32,000 nucleotides of DNA from Caldivirga maquilingensis IC-167. Its GTDB lineage: Archaea; Thermoproteota; Thermoprotei; Thermoproteales; Thermocladiaceae. Shown here in pieces: positions 1 to 9,481 of the stretch. Both the position numbers and the translations under genes were made by a program. Each line of letters opens with the position of its first letter. The stretch's first letter is position 1. The stretch spans positions 1,530,001 to 1,562,000 of the forward strand of contig NC_009954.1 of NCBI RefSeq assembly GCF_000018305.1, written 5' to 3'. The notes beneath the pieces were generated by a model. That model saw only the letters and a program-made list of their open reading frames with translations, ran no database searches and was not told the origin of the DNA.

Positions 1-757
1 TAAAGTTCCTATTAAAGCTAAAGCCTTTGAAAGGCAGAACCCTAATCTATGTACCATCACATTACGTAGCTGAGGAAGCCCTGAAAGCTGGTATTGAAAT
101 CGATAAAATACTGCCTCACGGTATTGACTTCTGCGAGGTACCTAGCATTGAACCACCACAGAATACATCAGACGTAGTAAAGATACTAATGATACTTAGT
201 AGTACTGATATTTATAAACTATATGGCGTAGCATTATTCATGAGGGCATTAAGTAAGTTAAAGCCTAAGGCTAAATATCAAGTAACCCTTAAGGTCCCAC
301 GGGGCCAGGATTTGTATTTCATGAATTATCTAAAAAGTACGATATAAATGCCGTGGTTATAGACGAGTACCTAAGTAAAAGGGAGCTTTATACGTTAATA
401 TCCCAACATGACTTATACATTCATGGCTCATTGAGTGACGGTTTTGGCTTACCAGTCATTGAGAGTATGGCTGTGGGGGTACCGCCTGTAGTATTAGATG
501 CACCACCATGGAATGAGGTAGTAAACGATTCCGTAGGTTTCCTGGTTAAAGTAGGCAGAGAGAATATTATAATGCGAAAACCATATAAGTTTAAGATAAG
601 GATATTTAGAGAAGACAATGCTTTAGATACGCTGGAATACGCATTAAATGAAGTTATGAACAACAGGATGGGGTGGTTCACGAAGGTTAGGAAGTACATA
701 AGGCAAAGATACGATGCACACAGTCTTTATAAAGAATTTGCAAAACTCTTAGAATAG
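1..757 (+). pseudogene. GT4 (group 1, GT-B fold) glycosyltransferase; 5' end lies outside the window; split by one frameshift
   Basis: Frame 0 is open from the window edge to the stop at 345-347 (..IYVPSHYVAEEALKAGI..ILPHGID..). Frame 2 opens after a stop at 290-292 and reads GPTGPGFVFHELSKKYDINAVVIDEYLSKRELYTL..DGFGLPVIESMAVGVPPVV, the GT4 C-terminal sugar-donor motif. The halves form one GT-B protein only if a 1-nt shift near the ccc/gggg runs at about 293-305 is repaired. Confidence 0.65.
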
Positions 758-758
758 G

Positions 759-1655
759 GTGAGTGAAATACCAATGAAGATAGCCAAGGTTTTGAGGAGT
801 TGTTCGTTCTTTAGGAACTGCTTTAATGCGGCTCTTGCATACCTAAGGGGCGCTAAATTCATTCCTGTAATATGTAATAACGGTAACATGGTTAACTTAT
901 ACAGAGCATATTACGTCGCTATACTTAATGGGCTTTATCGTGGATTCATAAAGAACTTAAAGTGCGATAGTAGTGGTAATGTAATAGTCATTAATGGTAT
1001 CAAACTATATGCGCAGCCAGTAATTAGTGAAAATGGGTTTGTGGACTTAGGATGCTGCAAATTCACAAGACTTCACTACACCATTCTACAGGTTTTTGTT
1101 AAGCAGGAGTACGCGTTTACTGAGGTACGTGGTGAAACGGTTATTGACATTGGGGCTTTCGTGGGCGACTCAGCCATTTACTTCGCACTGAGGGGTGCGA
1201 GGAGGGTTTATGCGGTTGAGCCTCATCCTGAGGCTTATGCGGAGATGCTTATGAATATATCATTAAATCATTTAAACGATAAAATCATACCAATAAATGC
1301 CGCTGTAGGTAAGGGCGGATTTACATGCGTAAACATTGATGTTAATTATGCAGATATCACCTACTTCAAAACCGCAGACAATAGGTGCGATGGTGTTAGG
1401 ATACCAAGTATTGGACTTAGCGATTTAATGCAGAAGTACGGTATTGAGCCCGATGTGCTTAAAATGGATTGTGAGGGCTGTGAATTCGACGTATTAATGA
1501 ATGAGTATGATGTGATCAAAAAGAAATTTAACGAAATAATTCTAGAATGCCATGACGCCGCTGGTTCATGTAGAGATTTATTACGCAAACTTTCAAAAGA
1601 TTTTAAGTGTCATAAAGTAAGTATGGGCGGATCCAAAATCATTAATTGTAGTTAG
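759..1655 (+). CDS. FkbM-family SAM-dependent methyltransferase
   Basis: VIDIGAFVGDSAIYFALRGARRVYAVEPHPEAYAEM (glycine-rich SAM motif in FkbM context) and LKMDCEGCEFDVL (FkbM K.D.EG.E motif). It is a clear paralogue of 16186..17178, with long stretches of nucleotide similarity. The ATG at 774 (MKIAKVLRSCSFFRN) aligns better with the paralogue N-terminus than the GTG at 759. Confidence 0.8.
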   Translation: MSEIPMKIAKVLRSCSFFRNCFNAALAYLRGAKFIPVICNNGNMVNLYRAYYVAILNGLYRGFIKNLKCDSSGNVIVINGIKLYAQPVISENGFVDLGCCKFTRLHYTILQVFVKQEYAFTEVRGETVIDIGAFVGDSAIYFALRGARRVYAVEPHPEAYAEMLMNISLNHLNDKIIPINAAVGKGGFTCVNIDVNYADITYFKTADNRCDGVRIPSIGLSDLMQKYGIEPDVLKMDCEGCEFDVLMNEYDVIKKKFNEIILECHDAAGSCRDLLRKLSKDFKCHKVSMGGSKIINCS

Positions 1656-1658
1656 GGT

Positions 1659-2264
1659 ATGAATGTGGCTATTACGTTTGATGACGGTTACAAGGAGCAA
1701 TTAAGTATTGCTAAGTGGCTAGCTAGTAGAGGGATTAAGGCTACATTCTTCGTAATAGTTGGCTTAAGGGAGTATATGGGGAGAGCGTTACTAACTCCTA
1801 GCGATCTAAGGTATATTCGTAGTCTTGGTCATGAAATCGGTAGTCATACGATGACCCATATAGACATGGTAAATACTGATGCTGAGTTAATACGTAGGGA
1901 GCTCGTTGAGAGCAAGCGTATGCTTGAGGACATGCTTAATGAATCTATCACCTCTTTTGCGTATCCATTTGGCCCTCACACGGCTGTTGCAGCGCAGATT
2001 GCCAGGGAGATTTACAAAGTGGTTAGGGGCACCTATATAGGTCCTGCCACGGGTTACAGGATTTTTGATGAACATTGCTGCGTGCTCGCTTATAATCTAA
2101 GGCTCAGTAATATTTATGAAATATTCAGGTTAAAAAAGCTTGATACATCAATCCTTTATTTTCATTTACCCAATTTAGCTAAGTTAGACATCATATTACA
2201 GGCATTAAGGGTTTTAAGACCCAGGTATCTAACACTCACCGAACTATACGATAAAATTAAATAA
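1659..2264 (+). CDS. polysaccharide deacetylase (NodB homology / CE4 domain)
   Basis: VAITFDDGY (Asp-Asp catalytic/metal motif) and GHEIGSHTMTH (His metal-binding motif). The start is 3 nt after the preceding stop. Confidence 0.8.
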   Translation: MNVAITFDDGYKEQLSIAKWLASRGIKATFFVIVGLREYMGRALLTPSDLRYIRSLGHEIGSHTMTHIDMVNTDAELIRRELVESKRMLEDMLNESITSFAYPFGPHTAVAAQIAREIYKVVRGTYIGPATGYRIFDEHCCVLAYNLRLSNIYEIFRLKKLDTSILYFHLPNLAKLDIILQALRVLRPRYLTLTELYDKIK

Positions 2265-2285
2265 GGATACCGTGGGAAAAGAAGC

Positions 2286-3287
2286 ATGTTAAGGGTAGGT
2301 ATACTGCTTCTTACCCGTAATATTAGTCATCATAAACTTGGGATGGGACTGAAGACATTGCTGCCTGGTAGCAAATTAATACATAGCTATGAGGATTTTT
2401 ATAGAAGCTTAGTAAATGGTCTCGACATAGTCATCGCCATGGACTCAACCCCCAAATACATACCTGCACTAACTCTAGCCAAAGCCAGAGACGTACTAAC
2501 CATGGCTTTTATGCACGACATTAGATCTATCTCTCACACCCAGGTCACTGCTAAAGATGCAGGTACAAGTCCGTTTTTACAACGCTTAAGGAGGATCATC
2601 AGTGCCAAGTTAATACTTAATATACTTGATGTAATATTAACGCCCTCGAAATACAGTGCTCAAATGATTAAGTATTATCTAGGGCGCGAAGCGTGTGTTG
2701 TTTACCCATTTATCAGTAATGAAGTATACAGGCCCTTAAGGGTGAAGGAGAGAAGGTTAGGGGATCTACAATTTCGCAGCGATGATGTCGTAATACTTAC
2801 CGTGGCGACCAAACCACATATTGTCAAGCACGCGGTGGTGGCGTATGCTCATTTAAGGAATATCGTGAAAAACGCCTACCTGGTCATAAGGGGGCCGTGC
2901 GATAAAATACCCAGGTTGCCCCGGGTTTACTGCCTACCTCCGTTAAGTGAGAGTGAGTTAGCTTTGCTTTACAATATTGCTGACGTCTTTCTTTACCCGT
3001 CATTGGTTGAAGGTTTCGGCTTGCCTGTTCTTGAGGCAATGTCGTGCGGCTTGCCCGTTGTTGCCTATAGATTAACGAGCATGGAGGAGGTAGTAGGGGA
3101 TGTCGGTATTTTAGTAGAGCCAAGTATAAGGGGGCTTGTGGATGGTGTAGTTATGGCATTGAAGAGAGTTTATGAAAAGCGAAAAGTGGCGTTGGAAAGA
3201 GCTTCTTTCTTCAACCCTCTTGAAACTAAGAGGGCCTTATTAATGTGCATTAAACAATATATGGCGTATAAAATTGAAAAGCGATAA
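2286..3287 (+). CDS. GT4 glycosyltransferase
   Basis: C-terminal LYPSLVEGFGLPVLEAMSCGLPVVAY motif; length is typical of GT-B enzymes. Confidence 0.8.
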   Translation: MLRVGILLLTRNISHHKLGMGLKTLLPGSKLIHSYEDFYRSLVNGLDIVIAMDSTPKYIPALTLAKARDVLTMAFMHDIRSISHTQVTAKDAGTSPFLQRLRRIISAKLILNILDVILTPSKYSAQMIKYYLGREACVVYPFISNEVYRPLRVKERRLGDLQFRSDDVVILTVATKPHIVKHAVVAYAHLRNIVKNAYLVIRGPCDKIPRLPRVYCLPPLSESELALLYNIADVFLYPSLVEGFGLPVLEAMSCGLPVVAYRLTSMEEVVGDVGILVEPSIRGLVDGVVMALKRVYEKRKVALERASFFNPLETKRALLMCIKQYMAYKIEKR

Positions 3288-3316
3288 ATTTTTAGGGACT
3301 TGGTGAGTAATGCGAC

Positions 3317-4471
3317 ATGAATAATAAGAATATCATTACTATCGTTCTCGGTGAAATTAATAGTTTATACGTTAAGAAAGACCCTGTTTGTATTCCTTAC
3401 GAATTCAACAAATTAGGATTTAATTCAATTCTCATTTGTAGCAGGTGCAGCATCAAAATTCCAGGTGTTAGGGTTTTCGAGATTGGTGGTGTGAGTTTAC
3501 GTAGTGGATTTGTGCCTCTTTATTTAATCAATGTAATTAATAGTATAGTCAATGCTGTAATATTGATGGCTAAGCTTGTCCCTATACTTAGGAGGGTTAG
3601 GCCATGGTTTGTATTAACATATTACTACCCAGCATTATTACCGTTACTTTACTTACTTGGTAGGGTTCTTAACTATTACGTTGTAGTTAAGATGGATTGG
3701 GATGGTAATTTAACGGGTAATTTTCTTAAGGTTCTTTTTAGAAAACTTATGTTGATTGCGCTTTCGAGGTTTGCGGACGCGGTGATTATAGAGAGTTACG
3801 ATGCAATGCGTAAAGCCATTGAGGCTATACCGGCTTTACGGGGCAAATTAAGGGTAGTGTATAATGGATGGTGCGATGAGCTACTCAGAGAATTTAACCT
3901 CGGTAATCGTGAGAGGATTGTTTTAACGGTGGCTAGGGTCGTGCGTGTTAAGGGGATTCACGACTTAATAAGAGCCTTTGCTATGGTTGCAAATAAGCAC
4001 AAGGATTGGGTTTTGAGGATTGTTGGTCCTATTGTTGACGCGAATTACTATAGGGAGCTTATGACCCTGGTTAGACAGCATAATTTAGAGGGGAGGGTTT
4101 ACTTCCTAGGCGCAATTAGTGATAAGGAGTTGATTAGGGAGTATAGTAAGGCATCGATATTTGTGTTACCATCATACGCTGAAAGCTTTGGTATTGCAAG
4201 GCTTGAGGCGCTCGCTCATGGGTTGCCTGTGATCACCACTGATACTGGAGGTTCTGAGGTTGTGATGGGTGTTGGTGTTATAATAGAGCCTGGTGATGTA
4301 GCTTCATTGGCGTATTGGTTAGATAGGTTAATGGGCGATGATGCGTTGAGGTATAACATGGGTATGAGGGCCCGTATGAAGGCGGCCGCATTAACATGGA
4401 GGTTTGTATCTACAAGAATAATTAGTATTGTGAATGAGCTAGAGTCTTTACGCTTAAAAAATAAAATCTAG
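3317..4471 (+). CDS. GT4 glycosyltransferase
   Basis: VLPSYAESFGIARLEALAHGLPVITTDTGGSEVV; 384 aa. A diverged copy of the region around 4405-4453, near its 3' end, reappears at 14182-14230. Confidence 0.8.
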   Translation: MNNKNIITIVLGEINSLYVKKDPVCIPYEFNKLGFNSILICSRCSIKIPGVRVFEIGGVSLRSGFVPLYLINVINSIVNAVILMAKLVPILRRVRPWFVLTYYYPALLPLLYLLGRVLNYYVVVKMDWDGNLTGNFLKVLFRKLMLIALSRFADAVIIESYDAMRKAIEAIPALRGKLRVVYNGWCDELLREFNLGNRERIVLTVARVVRVKGIHDLIRAFAMVANKHKDWVLRIVGPIVDANYYRELMTLVRQHNLEGRVYFLGAISDKELIREYSKASIFVLPSYAESFGIARLEALAHGLPVITTDTGGSEVVMGVGVIIEPGDVASLAYWLDRLMGDDALRYNMGMRARMKAAALTWRFVSTRIISIVNELESLRLKNKI

Positions 4472-4648
4472 GTTCTCTAGGTCATATCATAATAGTGTTG
4501 ATTTGGTGTTTTTAAAGCTAAGAATGCTGATGGCTTAGTTGTCATGAGCTTTACTGTGATGCCTTTATGGTGTTTGAGGTAATTTTACGTTCAATCACGA
4601 AGTATAACATGTATTAAGTATAAGGATAATTCAGTTCTCATTAAGAGT

Positions 4649-5554
4649 ATGAGAGTGCCTATCACCGGTGGTGCTGGCTTCATCGGGCATAATACGGCTA
4701 TCTACCTCAGGGAGAGAGGTGTTGAAGTGGTGGTTCTGGATAGTCTGGAGAGGTCCACGGAGTACGCCGTCAGGAGGTTGAGGGATGCTGGCGTGTCGAT
4801 TATTAGGGGTGACGTTGGGGATTCTTCGACGGTGGGCCCCTTGGTTGGGGATTCCGATGTTGTGATTCACGCGGCGGCCTATATTGATGTTCATGAATCC
4901 ATGCAGAGGCCCGCTGATTACGTAAGGAACAACGTGGTTGGGACGACAGTCGTGGCCCACGAATGCCTAAGGCATGGTAAGCCCATGGTCTTCATAAGCT
5001 CTGCAGCCGTTTACGGAAACCCCGTGAGGCTGCCAATACCCGAGGACCACCCGCTCAGGCCCATATCGCCCTACGGCTTGAGCAAGGTCCTTAGTGAGGA
5101 GGTGGTGAGGTTCTTCGGTGGCTTGGGCCTTAGGTTTGTCATACTTAGGCCCTTTAATGTCTATGGGCCCGGGCAAAACAGCGCTTACGCCGGCGTCATA
5201 ATGAGGTTTATTGAAAGGGTTAAGCGTGGCCTCCCTCCTGTTATTTACGGTGATGGTAATCAGGCTAGGGATTTCATTCACGTGCTCGATGTGGCTAGGG
5301 TGATTGAGCGCGTAATCACCGGCGATTACTGGGGCGAGACGTTTAATGTGGGTACCGGTGTGCCCACGCGAATAATAGACCTAGCCAGGCTGGTGATGGG
5401 GCTTTTTGGCATGGATGGAGAGCCCCTGTTCGATAAGCCCAGGCCCGGCGATATCAGGGATAGCTACGCAGACATTAGCAAGGCTAGGTCGATACTCGGC
5501 TTTACCCCCTCCATAAGTCTTGAGGATGGGTTGAGGGGTCTCATGTATGAGTAA
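4649..5554 (+). CDS. NAD-dependent nucleotide-sugar epimerase (GalE-like extended SDR)
   Basis: ITGGAGFIGHN Rossmann motif, SSAAVYG, and YGLSK (YxxxK). It lacks the Asp-Glu dyad expected of 4,6-dehydratases. The stop overlaps the ATG of the next gene (atgagtaa). Confidence 0.8.
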   Translation: MRVPITGGAGFIGHNTAIYLRERGVEVVVLDSLERSTEYAVRRLRDAGVSIIRGDVGDSSTVGPLVGDSDVVIHAAAYIDVHESMQRPADYVRNNVVGTTVVAHECLRHGKPMVFISSAAVYGNPVRLPIPEDHPLRPISPYGLSKVLSEEVVRFFGGLGLRFVILRPFNVYGPGQNSAYAGVIMRFIERVKRGLPPVIYGDGNQARDFIHVLDVARVIERVITGDYWGETFNVGTGVPTRIIDLARLVMGLFGMDGEPLFDKPRPGDIRDSYADISKARSILGFTPSISLEDGLRGLMYE

Positions 5555-6728
5555 GCCCAGGTTGGTTGTCTTCACGGAGCTCTACTACCCAGAGGGTGGT
5601 GCCGCCGAGTTGGCTGCTCACTTAATCCTTGGCTTCCTGCATAGGCATTTTGACGTCACCATTGTTACGGGTACGCAGAGGCCATCGCCCGAGGTTTTTA
5701 GGTTTGGTAGGGTTATTCATGTGCCTTGGTTTAGGGGTTTAAAGCCCATGGTTTGGCTTAGGTCAATGATTAACGCTGGGTGGTTTAAAAAGTTCATTGA
5801 GGATTCCCACATCATCTACATATCATCCCATAAATTATTGCCCATAGCCATAATCGCGAAGCGCGTCAGTAAGGATGCCAGGGTTATTGTTCACCTCCAT
5901 AATTACCAACCCATAAGCTACACATCACTGTACCTAAGGGACCGAGAACCATCACCAGCAACGCAAGCCATGATTGAGTACCTGGAAAACAATAGCCTAA
6001 CCAAGGCATTAATAACCGGGTTAATAAGCGAATCAAACGTAATAAGCAAAGTAGCGGTTGATTACGCAGACACAATGATATGCGCATCAAATGCTCAATT
6101 AAAAATACTGAACAAGTACATAAAGGATATTACGAAAAGGCCGTGGTAATTTACAATCCGTTACCACGTATCCCTCCAATCCAAAAGAGACCGAGCGATA
6201 CGCCGTCATTACTGTACGCAGGTGGTGATAGCTACATTAAGGGATTCCACATACTGCTAAATGTGCTACCGAGGATCTTAAGGGGAAACGTTAACCTCCA
6301 GGTCATAATTAATAGACAATCAACGTTGGATAAACTACGGAGAATAGCCGTGAAAACCCAGGAAAACTAATAATACTAAGCCGATTAAGGCACGAGGAAT
6401 ACCTACGACTGCACGAAAAACATGGGCATTGCTCTTCCCGTCAATCACGGAGGAGCCCCTACCATATGCCGTTGTGGAGTCCATGGCCTTGGGCACGATA
6501 CCCATAGCCTCCAGAGTGGGTGGTGTGCCGGAGATACTGGAGGGGACCTATGCTGAAAGGATTATGTTTACGCCAGGAAACATAAATGAGTTTGTTGAGA
6601 AGATAAACGAGGTGTTATCACTATCTACGAAGCAACTCATAGATATTGGGGCAGATTTAAGAGAGAAAGCGTATAAGAAGTTTGATAAGGATCACCTTGA
6701 GAGGCAATTACTTGAAATCTTTAGATGA
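5547..6728 (+). pseudogene. GT4 glycosyltransferase broken into three or more reading frames
   Basis: The N-terminal part is in frame 0 (MSKPRLVVFTELYYPEGGAAELA..). The middle part is in frame 2 (..EKAVVIYNPLP..LLYAGGDSYIKGF..). A short piece is in frame 1 (GKLIILSRLRHEEYLRLHEKHG). The C-terminal part is back in frame 0 (ALLFPSITEEPLPYAVVESMALGTIPIASRVGGVPEIL). The junctions lie near 6120-6140, 6350-6362 and 6415-6428, each beside an A-run. Confidence 0.75.
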
Positions 6729-6956
6729 AAATAGTTGAGGTTAAAAATTACTGTAATTAAAATTTCATGCCATATTGATGAAGTAGTCTGAAGCGGTGAA
6801 GTAGCACCTGTGAAAAATGAAAGTATTTAAAGGCGAGATAGTGTAAGCAATGCGTATATGCTGATTAAGATTAGGAGACCGTTAAAGCAGAAGTAAGGAG
6901 GTTAAAATGCTTGTAAATGCAGCATACCTATGTTGTTTATGCATTAGGGGTTTATT

Positions 6957-7997
6957 ATGAGGGTTGCTTTCATTGTTAGTAAGTCTTTTACTGAGAGGAG
7001 GCATGGTGGTTTTGGCTGGCTTGTGAGGTTGGTGGGTGAGGAGCTTGTTAGGCGTGGTTTTGAGGTTTATGTCCTTGCTTGGCGTGATACTGGCTATCCC
7101 AGGGAGTACTCCGTGGGTAGCGTTAGGGTTGTAACATATGATTATCACTTCGAGACCAGGTCTGTCTTTAGGCACTTGCGTGATTACTGGGGTGCTCTGG
7201 AGGTTATCAGGGATGTGGATGCTGATGTTTACATAAGCATTGAGGCTATGGTGGAGACTTTACTGGCTGAGCTTGTTAAACGCCATAGCGCCCATGTGGT
7301 TTGGGCGCAGGATCCCTTTGAGTGGAGTGATTATGAGCTCCTGGCCTCCGTGGATCCTTACTACAGGATTTCCAGGGCTAGGTTTTACATGAATAGGTTG
7401 GTCTTTGGCGCGGCTTATAGGTGGGCTGATTTAGTGCTTACGCAGGCCAGATTTTACATGAGGAAGCTCAGGGAGCTTTACGGCCTGGACCCAGGGAGGG
7501 TTCATTACCTGCCGAACCCTGTACACCCAATACATGAGTATGAGGTTAAGAAGTCCGAGGAACCGCTGATTTGCTACCTAGCTAGGATGGATCCTCAGAA
7601 GCGTTACTGGTTATTCTTTGAGCTCACTAAGCGCTTCCCTGACATCAGGTTTGTGACTATGGGTAAGCCTAACGTGCTCTATGAGGATAGGTATAAGGAG
7701 GTTATTAGTAAGTACGTGGATTTAAGCAACCTTGAGGTACTAGGCTTCGTACCTGAGAAGAGGAAGAGGGAGATTCTTGATAGGTGCTGGGTGCTTGTGC
7801 TGCCGAGCATTAGGGAGGGGTTGCCCATAGCGATGCTCGAGGCCTTGGCTCACAGGGTTGCATTGCTTAGTTCTGTGAATCCTGATGGGTTAACGGAGAG
7901 GTTTGGCTATTGGGCCAGGAACGATGATTTCGATGTGGGGTTAAAATGGTTATTGAGTAATGATAGGTGGAGGGTGCTTGGTGAGGAGGGCTATTGA
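6957..7997 (+). CDS. GT4 glycosyltransferase
   Basis: VLVLPSIREGLPIAMLEALAHRVALLSS motif; 346 aa. The last codons may be shifted, because frame 1 continues ..RRAIEEEMREVFS* to 8025. Confidence 0.7.
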   Translation: MRVAFIVSKSFTERRHGGFGWLVRLVGEELVRRGFEVYVLAWRDTGYPREYSVGSVRVVTYDYHFETRSVFRHLRDYWGALEVIRDVDADVYISIEAMVETLLAELVKRHSAHVVWAQDPFEWSDYELLASVDPYYRISRARFYMNRLVFGAAYRWADLVLTQARFYMRKLRELYGLDPGRVHYLPNPVHPIHEYEVKKSEEPLICYLARMDPQKRYWLFFELTKRFPDIRFVTMGKPNVLYEDRYKEVISKYVDLSNLEVLGFVPEKRKREILDRCWVLVLPSIREGLPIAMLEALAHRVALLSSVNPDGLTERFGYWARNDDFDVGLKWLLSNDRWRVLGEEGY

Positions 7998-8032
7998 GGA
8001 GGAGATGAGGGAGGTCTTCTCGTAAGGGGGAG

Positions 8033-8350
8033 GTGTATGTTCCATCTCTATTCTTTATAGAGGTGGCTAACGCTCTTAGGTATATTGATGGGCTTGTAGC
8101 AGAAGACGTTGCCAAAGCTATCGATGCATTTAAGAGCCTAGGCTTGAGGGTTGTGAGCGATCTAGAGCTACTGGGGGATGCTGTTAGAATAGCCTTCGAG
8201 AATGACATCACAGTCTATGACTCTATATACTTGGCATTGGCGAGAAGAGTTGGTGGGGTCTTAATAACGTATGATAGGAAACTGCTCAGTAAGGGTGGGG
8301 AGGTGGTTATGAAGGCAAGTACATTCCTAGCGCGTTTTGTAACTCGATAA
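8033..8350 (+). pseudogene. PIN-domain (VapC-like) remnant lacking its N-terminal acidic motif
   Basis: VPSLFFIEVANAL..ITVYDSIYLALARRVGGVLITYDRKLL matches the central and C-terminal PIN helices with two conserved Asp. The frame is closed at 8006-8008, so the first roughly 25 aa (including the first catalytic Asp) are absent. No antitoxin ORF lies upstream. Confidence 0.55.
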
Positions 8351-8377
8351 CTAGCTATCATAAGGGCTCCAAGGTGA

Positions 8378-8583
8378 ACTTCGGGATCATCCATGCATGG
8401 CTACCTACTGAGGAGGCTTAAGGGGGCTGAGGAGTGTGGGGTAGGGGGGTTGAGTATGTAGATGATGGGTACGCATCAAGGACATGCCCAATATGTAGGA
8501 TAATGGGGAATCACGGGAGGATAGAGAGAGGGTTATTTAAATACTACGTGCATGATGAGGTATTCTGGATTGTTGCTTCGTAG
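8378..8583 (+). mobile_element. tnpB: C-terminal remnant of an IS200/IS605-family TnpB (OrfB), frameshifted
   Basis: Frame B reads HGYLLRRLKGAEECGVGG (like the TnpB L.YKAE..G block). After the G6 run at 8444-8449, another frame reads VEYVDDGYASRTCPICRIMGNHGRIERGLFKYY (like the V.p.yTS..CP.CG zinc-ribbon block). The second CxxC and the final RuvC motif are lost. Only about 68 codons remain of what I recall is typically a ~400-aa protein. Confidence 0.55.
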
Positions 8584-8835
8584 TTTTTGAAATAGCGGTG
8601 TGCTTGTGGTATCGACGTACTTGGGCGTGTCCTCCGGCTTTGTGAGGTTACTCGGCGGGGCTTGCCGCGAAACTTCCCGATACCTTTATCGCGGCCTCAA
8701 ATAGGGGGTTGTAAATGTGTTATAATGCGTTAATGACCATAATAGGCGCATCAATGGGAGCTGAAACTATTAGGAAATAGTAAACGGCATAGTTACAGTT
8801 AAAAATTAGGCATTTATCAATTATTGACTGGGTTC

Positions 8836-9471
8836 ATGGGTCTTATAATATGCCTAACAGGCCCCGATGGTTCAGGTAAGTCCACAGTGGCTAGGGAATT
8901 GGCTCTGGAGTTGAGTAGACGTGGCTTTAGGGTTAGGGTTTCTTGGATGAGGGGTAGCCACACCATAGCCTCCCTAATTGCCAGGTTTTTATCCAGGTTC
9001 CCCGTGCTCAGAGGCTGTGGTAATCCCTACTACGGTGTTTCCATACCGGGCTCGCTGAGGCCTCTGTGGTGGTTCCTGGAGTTCATATCCGCAATACCCA
9101 TAATCCTGCTCAGGTACTTCCTACCCGCATTGCTGGGTTATGTGGTTATTGGTGATAGGTGTGTCCTGGATCTGGTGGTTTGGGTCTCAGTAACCACTGG
9201 GGATTCCACGTTCGTAAAGTCCATACTTGGTAAGGCTTTAATATCCATGGCCATGAAGAGCAGCATTATTGTTTACGTAACCGCTGATTATGAGGTGCTT
9301 AGGGCGCGTAGGGGTGCTGATTGGGGGTTAAGGGAGCAATTAGGCATGTACAATGCCCTAAGTAGGATCCTGGGCCTAATTGTGCTTAATACCACGGGCC
9401 TCACGGTTAATGAGGCCAGGGATAGATTGATGGGCCTTGTGTATGGGGCAATGAATAAAAATAGGGTTTAG
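8836..9471 (+). CDS. P-loop NTPase of thymidylate-kinase-like type, with a long hydrophobic insert
   Basis: Walker A motif is LTGPDGSGKST. VVIGDRCVLD resembles the TMK DR(Y/H) motif, and LRARRG resembles the lid. There is an unusual roughly 30-aa hydrophobic stretch, LRPLWWFLEFISAIPIILLRYFLPALLGYV. The ATG at 8836 is preferred over the TTG at 8824. Confidence 0.6.
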   Translation: MGLIICLTGPDGSGKSTVARELALELSRRGFRVRVSWMRGSHTIASLIARFLSRFPVLRGCGNPYYGVSIPGSLRPLWWFLEFISAIPIILLRYFLPALLGYVVIGDRCVLDLVVWVSVTTGDSTFVKSILGKALISMAMKSSIIVYVTADYEVLRARRGADWGLREQLGMYNALSRILGLIVLNTTGLTVNEARDRLMGLVYGAMNKNRV

Positions 9472-9481
9472 GCGTTGATTC

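Noticed and set aside
421-699. Antisense or shadow ORFs in the supplied track. Examples: 421..699, 1361..1588, 1887..2075, 2884..3123, 4631..4960, 4967..5281, 5381..5575, 5884..6090, 6882..7175, 7867..8211, 10051..10257, 10551..10754, 12285..12584, 13464..13700. Further examples: 14330..14536, 14695..14928, 15485..15667, 16436..16663, 16464..16649, 18274..18738, 18838..19086, 19147..19374, 20641..20835, 22278..22508, 22451..22648, 24674..24913, 25042..25299, 27754..28029, 28703..28918, 31738..31920.
   Set aside because: Each lies entirely or largely inside a longer ORF on the other strand or frame that carries clear family motifs. Their translations are low-complexity with no motifs, which fits open shadow frames.
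4524-4580. A C/D-box-like arrangement, cTGATGg ..10 nt.. aTGA .. gTGATGc ..11 nt.. tTGA, in the spacer upstream of the epimerase gene.
   Set aside because: All four boxes deviate from consensus (both D boxes lack the C). The spacers are 10-11 nt rather than about 12. There is no terminal stem. The evidence is too weak to call.
6765-6830. TGATGA ... CTGA plus a duplicated tgaagtag motif in the spacer before the GT4 gene at 6957.
   Set aside because: The C-like and D-like boxes are only 6 nt apart, there is no second box pair, and there is no stem. Chance is the likelier explanation.
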